Assembly (NCBI GenBank): GCA_965216875.1
Contig: OZ244207.1
Location: forward strand, 6,848,001 to 6,912,000
Direction of reading: 5' to 3'
Length of the DNA: 64,000 nucleotides
Origin: Rubripirellula sp.
GTDB taxonomy: Bacteria; Planctomycetota; Planctomycetia; Pirellulales; Pirellulaceae
This document shows, piece by piece, positions 8,095 to 17,177 of the stretch. Both the position numbers and the translations under genes were made by a program. The notes beneath the pieces were generated by a model, which was not told where the DNA came from, ran no database searches, and saw only the letters and a list, made by a program, of their open reading frames with translations. Each line of letters begins with the position of its first letter. The first letter of the stretch is position 1.

Positions 8095-10494
8095 ATGGAT
8101 CACTCTGTCTCGCGATTTCGTCTCAAAAACTGCCTCGTTGCCTGTTTGACCTTGTTCGTGACATCTGCAGTTTGCGTCGCCGCTCCGCAGGATTCTAATC
8201 CAACTCAAGCAGCAAACGCGTCAGACTACTCCGATGCGGTCGAAAGGCTTTCGGAGGCGATTCGCTTCGAAGTGGAATCGAAAGACCTGCCGGCGTTTTC
8301 GATCGCCTTGGTTGACAATGACACGATCGTTTGGGCCGAGGGATTCGGTTTTGAGGATCCACAGCAAAGTCGGCCTGCCACCGCCGACACGGTGTATCGC
8401 GTTGGTTCGGTTTCAAAACTGTTCACCGACATTGCGGCGTTATCCCTGGCCGAACAAGGCAAGGTTGACTTAGACGCTCCCGTGCAAACCTACTTGCCTA
8501 ACTTCAAACCCAACAATCCTTTTGACATTCCGATCACTTTGCGTCAGCTCATGTCGCATCAGAGTGGCTTGGTTCGAGAGTCGCCCGTTGGCAACTATTT
8601 TGATCCGACTGAGCCGACGCTCGATGCAACGGTAGAGAGTTTGAACAAGACTTCCCTCGTCTATCGGCCGCAGACAAGAACCAAATACTCCAATGCGGCG
8701 ATTGCGGTCGTCGGGGCCGTGCTTGAAAGTCAACGGGACGAATCGCATCCGGAATATGTGAAACGCACAATCCTTGAACCGCTTGGGATGGATCACAGCG
8801 GGTTTGTGATTGATGCGCGGATCAAACCAAGTCTGGCGACGGGGTGGATGCGAACTTATGACGATCGCAAGTTTGAAGCTCCCGGTTTTTTGCTCGGTAC
8901 CGGCCCGGCTGGCAACCTGTACGCAAGCATGAACGACCTGGGCAAGTTCTTGATCTGTTTGCTTGGAGAGGGAGCCGTCGACGGAAAGCAAATCGTCAAC
9001 GCCGAAACACTTAAAGAGATGATGACGCCGATTCGCAACGCCGACGGGATCGAGCAGGGATTTGGCCTCGGGTTTCACATCCAAAGCCTCGACGGCTACA
9101 AAAAGGTTGGCCACGGTGGTGCAGTCTATGGGTTTTCGACTCAGCTCGAGGCACTTCCCGGGCGCAAACTCGGTGTGGCTGCATCCACTTCGCTTGACGT
9201 CACCAACGGGATTGTTGGACGACTGTCCAACTATGCGTTGCGGTTGATGATGGCGGCACAGGATGGAAAGGAGTTGCCGGAATACGTCACGTCCGATTCC
9301 GTTCCCAATCAACGAGGTGTGGAGTTGTTGGGGACTTACCGGGACGCCGAGACAGGTCGGTTCGCAAGAGTGACCGAGTATGCGGGAGATTTCCATCTCC
9401 GCCGGGGGACCTTTCGTTATCGCTTGGGGGCTGCTTCGAAAACGGGTGATCTTCTGATTGATGATCCGACGGACTTTGGCCGCTCAGTCAAGCTTGTTGA
9501 GGGCGATCGATTGCAAGTCGGTTCAGACATCTTCGTCCGCAGCGATGATGAGCCGCCAGCAGCGCCGCCTGAGCATTGGCGAGGTTTGATCGGTGAATAT
9601 GGGTGGGACCACAACACGCTGTACATCTTGGAAGAGAATGGAAAGCTCTACGCGTTGATTGAGTGGTTCTTTCACTATCCATTAACGGAAATCGATGCCA
9701 ACACTTTTGCGTTTCCAGACTACGGTCTTTATCACGGCGAAAAGCTTAAGTTTGTTCGTGACGCAAACGGCAATGCCACCGAGGTCACGGCTGCCGAGGT
9801 CAAGTTTGTTCGCCGCGAGGTGGGGACAAAGAATGGTGAGACGTTCAAAATCGATCCGATCAAACCGATCGAAGAGTTGCGGGTGACTTCACGCCAAGCG
9901 AGTCCGCCGGCCGAGGAAGGTGACTTCCGTGAATCGGAACTCGTTGACTTGGTGAAAGTGGATCCCGCTATCAAGCTCGATGTGCGATACGCGACGACAA
10001 ACAATTTCATGGGGGCTGTTTTCTATAAGCAACCCAGAGCTTTTATGCAGCGTCCTGCGGCACTGGCGCTCGCCAAAGTGAATCAACGACTTGCCAAACG
10101 CGGTCTCGGCTTGTTGGTCCACGATGCCTACCGACCCTGGTACGTGACCAAAATGTTCTGGGATGCGACCCCGTCGTCGATGAAAGATTTTGTTGCGAAC
10201 CCCGCAAATGGTTCGCGGCACAACCGCGGCTGCGCCGTCGACCTTACCCTTTATGATCGCGCGAGCGGTGAGCCAATCGAAATGGTCGCCGGCTACGATG
10301 AGTTCTCGCCCCGTTCATTCCCGAGATACCCTGGCGGCACATCGCAGCAACGGTGGTACCGCCAGTTGCTGCGCGAGTCGATGGAGGCCGAAGGGTTTGC
10401 AATTTACGAATACGAATGGTGGCACTTTGACTACAAAGATTGGCGCAAGTACCGGATCGGAAATCTAACTTTCGAAGAGATCGATCCGAACTGA
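8095..10494 (+). CDS. Serine hydrolase (beta-lactamase class C-like) fused to VanX/DdpX-type D-Ala-D-Ala dipeptidase (M15)
   Basis: Signal peptide; SxxK (GSVSK), YSN, HGG; C-terminal DAYRP, SRHNRGCAVDLTL, EWWHFD. Confidence 0.92.
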   Translation: MDHSVSRFRLKNCLVACLTLFVTSAVCVAAPQDSNPTQAANASDYSDAVERLSEAIRFEVESKDLPAFSIALVDNDTIVWAEGFGFEDPQQSRPATADTVYRVGSVSKLFTDIAALSLAEQGKVDLDAPVQTYLPNFKPNNPFDIPITLRQLMSHQSGLVRESPVGNYFDPTEPTLDATVESLNKTSLVYRPQTRTKYSNAAIAVVGAVLESQRDESHPEYVKRTILEPLGMDHSGFVIDARIKPSLATGWMRTYDDRKFEAPGFLLGTGPAGNLYASMNDLGKFLICLLGEGAVDGKQIVNAETLKEMMTPIRNADGIEQGFGLGFHIQSLDGYKKVGHGGAVYGFSTQLEALPGRKLGVAASTSLDVTNGIVGRLSNYALRLMMAAQDGKELPEYVTSDSVPNQRGVELLGTYRDAETGRFARVTEYAGDFHLRRGTFRYRLGAASKTGDLLIDDPTDFGRSVKLVEGDRLQVGSDIFVRSDDEPPAAPPEHWRGLIGEYGWDHNTLYILEENGKLYALIEWFFHYPLTEIDANTFAFPDYGLYHGEKLKFVRDANGNATEVTAAEVKFVRREVGTKNGETFKIDPIKPIEELRVTSRQASPPAEEGDFRESELVDLVKVDPAIKLDVRYATTNNFMGAVFYKQPRAFMQRPAALALAKVNQRLAKRGLGLLVHDAYRPWYVTKMFWDATPSSMKDFVANPANGSRHNRGCAVDLTLYDRASGEPIEMVAGYDEFSPRSFPRYPGGTSQQRWYRQLLRESMEAEGFAIYEYEWWHFDYKDWRKYRIGNLTFEEIDPN

Positions 10495-10510
10495 TTCAAT
10501 CAGGTCAAGG

Positions 10511-10891
10511 TTACGCGGATTTCTGCGACGACCAATGCTTGTTCGCATTGGCGATGCACTTAGCCTCGTCCCCGTTGTTCCAAAGTTCAAGCGCGTCGGT
10601 GTCATCGTTTTTCAAGAAGAGATGCAGTCGACCGTCGATGATTTTGAAATTGCACGGGCATGGTTCAAAGTCCTTCTCAATCGACATCCCGAAGGCGCAG
10701 CGCCCGTCATACGCGGGCAGGTAACGCTCAGGGTTCTTTTCGAACTCTGCCTTCGCGTCGGCGTTGACGAAATGATAGAGGCGACCATGGTGCACGACAG
10801 CGTGCTCGGCATCGCCTTTGAGTGGTTCGCCAACGGCAAAGTAGGCGACGGGGCAGTAGCCTTGGATTTCGGGAGACATTTGGTTGTTCAT
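10511..10891 (-). CDS. YHS domain-containing protein (Cys-rich)
   Basis: GYCPVAYF, YHFVNADAKAEFEKNPERYLPAYDGRCAFGM, FKIIDGRLHL. Start trimmed to ATG 10891. Confidence 0.88.
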   Translation of the reverse strand: MNNQMSPEIQGYCPVAYFAVGEPLKGDAEHAVVHHGRLYHFVNADAKAEFEKNPERYLPAYDGRCAFGMSIEKDFEPCPCNFKIIDGRLHLFLKNDDTDALELWNNGDEAKCIANANKHWSSQKSA

Positions 10892-10943
10892 ATTGATGGT
10901 TCCTGGTTTTCGTTTGGGAGGTCTGGCGTTGTTGTTGAAAGGG

Positions 10944-11561
10944 TTATTTGGCAATTCGCGCCTTTGCAGATCGCAAGACGGGATAGGTGTCGGTGAAGAC
11001 GTAGTCTTCGTTTGCGCCCGAATGACATGCGTTGCATGAATCGGTTTCCATCCTCGCTCCGACAGGTTTGTAGTGAGGAGCTTCGCCGAAGCGAAAGAAA
11101 GCCCAACCACCGGGTTCGTCGCTGAACCGATTGGTATCTTTGACCATCGCTTCAAGACTTTGGAAGTCTCCCTGGAAGTAGCCGTTGCCGCTGTCCATCG
11201 CCTTGCTTCCGACCGAGACAAGTTCCTTTAGGATCACGGTGCCGTTGGGGAACTCGCCCGTCTGTTTGTAGGACGCATAGCTCGCTGGATCGATGTAGAC
11301 GTTGTGGAACTCGGGGAAGGCGGCGCTGCCGTCGTTCATGTCGTTCGGGGTGACTGGGGCGCCGACAAACACCCATTCGTGATGGTCGTCAGGACGCAGC
11401 AGTTGGCCACTGGCGTTGTAGTTGGCGTACGTGCGTTTGGACTCGGCCGGTGATGCGGCATCGGCAACGCCAAAGGATTGGGGAGACCCACATCCAAACA
11501 TTGCAAGAGGCAACGCGATTGCCCCTAGCAACAAGACGGCTCCGATTCGGAAACGTTTCAT
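10944..11561 (-). CDS. cytL: Cytochrome P460 family protein, probable lipoprotein
   Basis: EWVFVG, TPNDMNDG..FPEFHNVYIDP, GTVILKELVSVG, SGNGYF, LEAMVKD..RF, C-terminal CNACH, VFTDTYPVLR; LAMFGC lipobox-like signal. Confidence 0.92.
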   Translation of the reverse strand: MKRFRIGAVLLLGAIALPLAMFGCGSPQSFGVADAASPAESKRTYANYNASGQLLRPDDHHEWVFVGAPVTPNDMNDGSAAFPEFHNVYIDPASYASYKQTGEFPNGTVILKELVSVGSKAMDSGNGYFQGDFQSLEAMVKDTNRFSDEPGGWAFFRFGEAPHYKPVGARMETDSCNACHSGANEDYVFTDTYPVLRSAKARIAK

Positions 11562-11633
11562 TGCGACTTTTCTCCGTCGTTTGATTGGTTCGACCAGCAA
11601 ACCACCGTTGGCTCGCTGGTATGACAATCGCAA

Positions 11634-11649
11634 TGCATGAGCTGTGCCA
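11634..11649 (-). promoter_or_regulatory. Sigma-54 (-24/-12) promoter for the P460-YHS genes
   Basis: Minus strand TGGCAC-AGCTC-ATGCA: exact GG-N10-GC spacing, about 72 bp upstream of ATG 11561, next to an EBP gene. Confidence 0.8.
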
Positions 11650-11745
11650 GATTCGCCGGCGTGATTTCGAAACGGACGTAAGTCGCCTTGCGTCAATGGG
11701 TTATGCGAATGGGTGAGCTGGCGGACGCAATTGATCAAACGCCAT

Positions 11746-11774
11746 ATATCGCATGTCGATGCGAGATATCGCAT
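11746..11774. promoter_or_regulatory. Candidate enhancer (UAS) for the adjacent EBP
   Basis: ATATCGCAT at 11746 and 11766 (20-bp period) with an inverted TGCGAGAT between; about 100-125 bp upstream of the sigma-54 site. Confidence 0.5.
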
Positions 11775-11797
11775 TCCAACGCTCCTGTGAGATAAAC

Positions 11798-13342
11798 ATG
11801 ACTGCTCTCCCAATGGCCGAGTCCAATGCGGATTTGGATACGACGCTTCGGTCGATCATGGAAGGAACCGCCGGTGCAAGCGGTGATCGCTTTTTTCGAT
11901 CGCTCGTTCAATACTTGGCGATCTCGCTGGGAGCGAAGGCTTCGTTCATTGCCCAATTCAACGCGGATCGCAGCCAAGTCCAAACGCTTGCTGTGTGGAT
12001 TGGCCAACAGCATGTTCCGAATTTTGATTTCGACATCAACGGAACGCCCTGCCAACAGGTGCTTGATGGTGGAATCCTGCATTTCCCCCAAGAGATTCAG
12101 GATACGTTTCCAGAGAACGGTCTACTGCGTCAGCTCGACGCGCAGAGTTATCTGGCGATTCCAATGACCAACAATCTTGGCGAGGTGGTTGGTCATTTGG
12201 CTGTGATCGATGACAAGCCGATGAAAGCCGATGAGCGTGAACTGTCGATCTTTCATATTTTTGCAGCCCGCGCGACGGCAGAGTTGATTCGACGCCGAAC
12301 GGAACGCGCGCTCAACGATAGTCGGCAACGTGAGGAGCGGCTGCGGAATGAACAAAAACGAATGGAAGCGGAAGTCGCTTACTTGAAAGAGGAGTTGCGA
12401 GGACGTGGCGAGTTCGCCGAGATCGTTGGCGAGAGCGACGGCATTTGGAAAGTGCTGCGGAACATTGATATGGTCGCGCCAACCGATAGCACGGTCTTGA
12501 TTTTAGGCGAGACGGGAACGGGCAAGGAATTGGTGGCCCGGGCAATTCACAAAAACAGCCGTCGAAGCAATGGCCCTTTTGTTCGCGTCAATTGCGCCGC
12601 TCTGCCTGAGTCACTTCTTGAAAGCGAGCTTTTTGGGCACGAACAAGGTGCATTCACTGGTGCCACCGGAAAACGGACCGGACGTTTTGAGCTGGCTGAT
12701 GGCGGAACCATTTTTTTGGATGAGATTGGTGAAATGCCGCCTGCCGCTCAAGCGAGGCTGTTGCGCGTTCTGCAAGAGCAAGAACTCGAACGTGTTGGCA
12801 GCAGTCAGACGATACGCGTTGACACACGCGTGATTGCGGCCACGAATCGAGACTTATTGCAGATGTCAGAAGAGGGAGAGTTCCGCGACGATCTGTTTTA
12901 TCGACTGAACGTTTTCCCGATTAGCATCCCGCCACTTCGCCAACGCAAAGAGGATATTCCGACGCTTGTTCAGTCCTTCATTACGAAGCTGTCAAAACGA
13001 CTTGGGCGTCGAATCGAAAACGTTCCACAGCAGGTTATCGATGGCTTGCAGCAGTACCATTGGGCCGGCAACGTTCGCGAACTTGAAAACGTCATTGAAC
13101 GAGCAATGATCCTTAGCTCGGGCGACGAACTGGTGTTGCCAGCTGGTTTTGCGCCGGAACGAGCAAAACGGCAAGACGACTTGCCGCTTCGTTCGCTTGC
13201 CGAAGTCGAATCCGATCATATAAAGTCGGTGTTGAAACACACCGGTGGTGTGATCGCCGGCCCCAGTGGTGCAGCAGCGATACTCGCCATGAATCCAAGT
13301 ACGCTACGCAGTCGGATCGAGAAGCTTGGGATCACGACGTAA
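11798..13342 (+). CDS. Sigma-54-dependent enhancer-binding protein, GAF-AAA+-HTH (FhlA-like)
   Basis: GAF (GTPC), [45 protein letters not shown]-terminal HTH. Confidence 0.95.
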   Translation: MTALPMAESNADLDTTLRSIMEGTAGASGDRFFRSLVQYLAISLGAKASFIAQFNADRSQVQTLAVWIGQQHVPNFDFDINGTPCQQVLDGGILHFPQEIQDTFPENGLLRQLDAQSYLAIPMTNNLGEVVGHLAVIDDKPMKADERELSIFHIFAARATAELIRRRTERALNDSRQREERLRNEQKRMEAEVAYLKEELRGRGEFAEIVGESDGIWKVLRNIDMVAPTDSTVLILGETGTGKELVARAIHKNSRRSNGPFVRVNCAALPESLLESELFGHEQGAFTGATGKRTGRFELADGGTIFLDEIGEMPPAAQARLLRVLQEQELERVGSSQTIRVDTRVIAATNRDLLQMSEEGEFRDDLFYRLNVFPISIPPLRQRKEDIPTLVQSFITKLSKRLGRRIENVPQQVIDGLQQYHWAGNVRELENVIERAMILSSGDELVLPAGFAPERAKRQDDLPLRSLAEVESDHIKSVLKHTGGVIAGPSGAAAILAMNPSTLRSRIEKLGITT

Positions 13343-13348
13343 AGAAGT

Positions 13349-16042
13349 TCACTGAGCACCCAACTTCGATTTCAACTCAGCCAATTTCGAGTCGTTTGTG
13401 AATAGGTAGTCTTGTTGCGCCTGATAGGCGTCAGCGCGTTGCTGCATGAGCTTCTGAAACGCCGGTGAATCTTTTTCCTGTTCACGTAATTGCGCTTTCC
13501 GTCGCCTCAATTCGTCGAGGTCGACAAAAACCTCTGGGTAAGCCTTCTCGAGTCGCGACTGGGCGGCGTTGCTCGCTTCGACGAGACGCATGTATTGGTT
13601 CGACGCTGAATGTTTGCGGCGGAGCAATTCGATCTCGCGTTTGCGCCGACTCTCTGGCAGTTCGGCTACTTGGGGAGATTGTTCTACCAGAAACGCCTCG
13701 ATGGCTCGTTTGGCACGGTACGTCGCAAACAAGAGCTCTTTGAAGTCCGCGTCGTTCTTCAATCGTTCCTCGCGAACTTTGTGAATGGCTTTCTGTTCTT
13801 CTTTTTGAGTGCGAAAGATCTCGGGATAGCGACGTTTCTTTTCGTCATCCCATTGCTCGACTCGCCGAACAAGCCCGCGATACTTTGCGTCGCGTTGATA
13901 GAACCAATCATGAGCGTTGGTCAGCTGAATTTGATAGGCTTCCGCAATCGACTTGGCGACTGGGAAACGGTTTTCGAGTTGGTGGACTTTCGTGAGAGCT
14001 TCTTCAAAGTCCCTGTTCTTGGCGACGGAGAATATTTGTACGTCGTCAAACGACGCTGTCCCCTCGTCTACCTGGAACGCAAAGTAGGTGCGCTGCTTGT
14101 TGATGATGGGGTGGTGGGCAACGACGACGTGATCGGGATCGAGGTGCGCGATGCAGCGATCTTCGACAAACTCGACCGTCATCGAGTACCACGTTCCGGG
14201 TTGGAAATCGAAGGCACATTCGCTGTGTCGAAAGCTGAAATAGCGGTCGCTTGCGTTTGGGCCAGCGCCGCCCGTCGGTCCCGATTCGTCTTTCGCCGTC
14301 TGGAGATAGAAATGGTCTGGGTGAATGTGAAGCACCGTGTTGTACGGTCCTGAGGCGCCGGTCAAAAAGCGAATGTTCTTTGACGTGTCAAAGCGAAAGC
14401 TAAACCGAATGATTGCATCACGGAGTTTGGTGTCCCTCAGAAAGATACGACGGCTTTGATTGTCACCAGCGCCTCGGACGAGGTGATCGGATTCGACCGA
14501 CCAATGTTCGCTGAAGAACCATCGCTCGTTTGCTTGGCCTGAGGCAAAATGGTCGGCGAATAGGAGTTGCCGCTTCTGGACGAGTTGCGGCGGTGAGGGT
14601 GCAATTGCACCGGTCTCGGCTTGCCAGCTCGTGAGGTTCTGCTGCAGTCGCTTGACGACGGCCGGGTGTTTGTCGGCAACGTTGTTCGTTTCAGAAGGGT
14701 CGGAATCGATGGCGAACAACTGAGGGGGGGCACCGTCGAACCGCTCGATGAGCTTCCAGTTGCCGGCGCGAATCGCGGCACCCGAGATGCCACCCAGAAA
14801 GTGGGGGCGGTCGAGTGGATAGTGCCAATAAAACTCTCGTGGTGGAGTCGAGGTTGTCGGCGCTTTCCAAGAGGTCAACGTTGATTGACCATCGAGCGTA
14901 TGAGTCGGTTCGACCTGCATCCCGGTAGCTTCAAGCAGCGTTGGATAAAGGTCGAGGTTGGTTGTTGGATGATCGCAAACTACTCCCGACGGAATACGTT
15001 GGGGCCAACGCACGATCATCGGCACGCGGATGCCGCCTTCGTACAGTTCGCTCTTGCCACCTCGGAGCGGCGCATTGGTGGTGACATTGGTTTCGCCACC
15101 GTTATCACTTGTAAAAAGGATGATCGTGTTGTCGGCGATTCCCGATTCCTCTAATTGCTTCATGATCAACCCGACTCCGTCATCGATGCTTTCGATCATC
15201 GCAGCCAAATGCGGATTGTGATCTTTGGCCCAATGGTTCAGAGGGTCGCCCTGAAGACCTTGGTCTTGGCAGAGGTAACAGCGCTGACGCGAGCTTTCTC
15301 CTGGAGGATGCTTTTTTCGGTACTTCTCGACGAGTCCAGGCTTGCCGTTGACGATCGAGTGGGGTGCGTAATGACTTAGCAGCAGGAAGAAAGGTTGATG
15401 GTGGTTTCGTTTGATGAACTCGACCGCTTCGAAGTTCATCCGGTCGACGAGGAATTCGCTTTCACCCAAGCGATTTTCGTCGACATCGAGCCATCGGATC
15501 GGTTGGTCTCGAAAAACGTAGGGCCAGAAATTTGCGCCGTTGCCGACCCCTTTCACTTCGCTGGCAAGGTTCCAATCAAAACCATGATCCGTTGGGCGGG
15601 TTGGGTTGGGGGCGCCGTGATACGCGTATCCCGAAAGGTGCCACTTACCGATCATTCCAGTGCGGTAGCCGTGGTCACGAAACCGCTGCGCAAGGGTTAC
15701 CTGCTGGGTCGAAAGGCCGTTGGCGGAATTGGGACGCAGGTAGTCGGTGATTCCGACTCGTGCCGGATGTTGTCCGGTTAATAGCGCGGCACGGTAAGGC
15801 GAACAAACAGGAGCGGGAGCATAGGCTGATGTGAACCGAACACCATCGGTTGCGAGCCGGTTCAGATGAGGCGTTTCGTGGAACGTGTTTCCATAACAAG
15901 CCAACTCGCTCCAGCCCAAGTCGTCGGCGAGGACGATGATCACGTTCGGACGCGCGGTCGGCTTTTCCCCGAGGCAAACTGGCGTGTATTGAATCCATAC
16001 CGTGACCGTCAGCAAACAGAGTAGAAGGCAGGAGCGATTCAC
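13349..16042 (-). CDS. Secreted arylsulfatase with long C-terminal extension
   Basis: RPNVIIVLADDLG, CSPYRAALLTG, GKWHL, SDNGG, YEGGIRVP; about 410 extra aa (beta-sandwich plus helical region). Confidence 0.92.
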   Translation of the reverse strand: MNRSCLLLCLLTVTVWIQYTPVCLGEKPTARPNVIIVLADDLGWSELACYGNTFHETPHLNRLATDGVRFTSAYAPAPVCSPYRAALLTGQHPARVGITDYLRPNSANGLSTQQVTLAQRFRDHGYRTGMIGKWHLSGYAYHGAPNPTRPTDHGFDWNLASEVKGVGNGANFWPYVFRDQPIRWLDVDENRLGESEFLVDRMNFEAVEFIKRNHHQPFFLLLSHYAPHSIVNGKPGLVEKYRKKHPPGESSRQRCYLCQDQGLQGDPLNHWAKDHNPHLAAMIESIDDGVGLIMKQLEESGIADNTIILFTSDNGGETNVTTNAPLRGGKSELYEGGIRVPMIVRWPQRIPSGVVCDHPTTNLDLYPTLLEATGMQVEPTHTLDGQSTLTSWKAPTTSTPPREFYWHYPLDRPHFLGGISGAAIRAGNWKLIERFDGAPPQLFAIDSDPSETNNVADKHPAVVKRLQQNLTSWQAETGAIAPSPPQLVQKRQLLFADHFASGQANERWFFSEHWSVESDHLVRGAGDNQSRRIFLRDTKLRDAIIRFSFRFDTSKNIRFLTGASGPYNTVLHIHPDHFYLQTAKDESGPTGGAGPNASDRYFSFRHSECAFDFQPGTWYSMTVEFVEDRCIAHLDPDHVVVAHHPIINKQRTYFAFQVDEGTASFDDVQIFSVAKNRDFEEALTKVHQLENRFPVAKSIAEAYQIQLTNAHDWFYQRDAKYRGLVRRVEQWDDEKKRRYPEIFRTQKEEQKAIHKVREERLKNDADFKELLFATYRAKRAIEAFLVEQSPQVAELPESRRKREIELLRRKHSASNQYMRLVEASNAAQSRLEKAYPEVFVDLDELRRRKAQLREQEKDSPAFQKLMQQRADAYQAQQDYLFTNDSKLAELKSKLGAQ

Positions 16043-16194
16043 AGCTGATCTCGTCGTGACGTGGTGGGCGGCAGTGGACGAGGTGGCGAGCCCGTGTTTT
16101 ATGCAAAGTTTTCGAACTCGTTGCTCTGTCCGGCAGACACGATTGTCATCGGTCGATCATCGTGAAACCAGCTCGCCGAGACACTTTGGTACAG

Positions 16195-16683
16195 TCACTC
16201 ACGTGCGTCTGTTTCGTCGGTCTTGAACAGACGCGAATTGGCTCGATCGAACCGAATCGCGCGTTGCAGCAGCCACCAAGGTGGGAGGAACGTGAGTGCC
16301 ACTGCCAGCAGCATAGCAAGGATATGCCAAGGCTGAGGTTGATCGACGACGAGGTCTCCGTAATGCATACTGCCAGGTTCAAACCCTGCAATCACGACGG
16401 CCGCCAAGAGGATGACGGAGATGATGGTCAAAGAGCCGATTAAGCGAGCCAACCCGATGGCGATTCGCAGCTGAAACAGAACCAGCACTCCGAGTAGGCA
16501 GAGCCACATGGGTGACCAGTGCATCGAAGCAGCGCCAAGGCGGATGGATACAACATTCAACGCGATGGCGTGCAGGATTCCTGCGATCACCAACCAACCG
16601 CCCGCCCACGCGTACAAACGTTTTTCGGACCATTGTGTTGGCGCAACCTCAACAGGGTCTGGTGATTCGTAGGGGTTCGCCAA
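16195..16683 (-). CDS. Hypothetical membrane protein with N-terminal NPYESP motif
   Basis: MANPYESPDP, then four hydrophobic helices. Confidence 0.7.
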   Translation of the reverse strand: MANPYESPDPVEVAPTQWSEKRLYAWAGGWLVIAGILHAIALNVVSIRLGAASMHWSPMWLCLLGVLVLFQLRIAIGLARLIGSLTIISVILLAAVVIAGFEPGSMHYGDLVVDQPQPWHILAMLLAVALTFLPPWWLLQRAIRFDRANSRLFKTDETDARE

Positions 16684-16726
16684 AGCGTGTTTCTTTCATT
16701 CAAAGTGACAAAGCACTCGACTTCAA

Positions 16727-17155
16727 TCAAACCATCGTCGCGAGAACGCTTCGGAGGCGCCGAAGCTCCTCGTCGGGACCGCCATGCCAGGGTGCAATCG
16801 GCACGTGCTGACTCACCTGATTGGGGTGGACCCAGCCGTGATCATCGTCGATGAAAAGGATGTTGTTCCATTCGACGCCTTGGGCACATCGCAAGTCTTT
16901 GTATTCGCCTTGCCAGTCAATGTATTCAACGCGATTTGCAAACGAGCTTGGTGCGTGGCCGTTGTCAGCAAGCTGATCGACGACTTCGCGTGCCGTTTCT
17001 TCGTCGACGGTTGTCAGGAGCGCTACGCGCGGAAACGTCTCGTCGCAATAGGTCAAGAAACGAAGCAAACCAGGCCGCGGATTTGCGCTGAATGCATCGT
17101 CGATCAACGTCGCTTCGAGGTCGAGTGCCAGGAGCTGAATCGGATCATCGCTCAT
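16727..17155 (-). CDS. HAD-superfamily NIF/FCP1-like phosphatase
   Basis: LLALDLEATLI, PRPGLLRFL, YKDL, ILFIDD. Confidence 0.75.
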   Translation of the reverse strand: MSDDPIQLLALDLEATLIDDAFSANPRPGLLRFLTYCDETFPRVALLTTVDEETAREVVDQLADNGHAPSSFANRVEYIDWQGEYKDLRCAQGVEWNNILFIDDDHGWVHPNQVSQHVPIAPWHGGPDEELRRLRSVLATMV

Positions 17156-17177
17156 GCATCAAGCATACAACGTTTGG

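Noticed and set aside
10511..10891. Selenoprotein
   Set aside because: No in-frame TGA; Cys codons at the motif positions; stop is TAA.
10892..11221. N-terminal extension of the YHS ORF (and 11562-11813 of the P460 ORF)
   Set aside because: They overlap neighbouring genes or the promoter and lack family features; downstream ATGs fit better.
11798..13342. Naming the EBP norR or fhlA
   Set aside because: Single GAF, iron ligands not verifiable by eye, no GT-N7-AC boxes seen, no nor or formate hydrogenlyase genes nearby.
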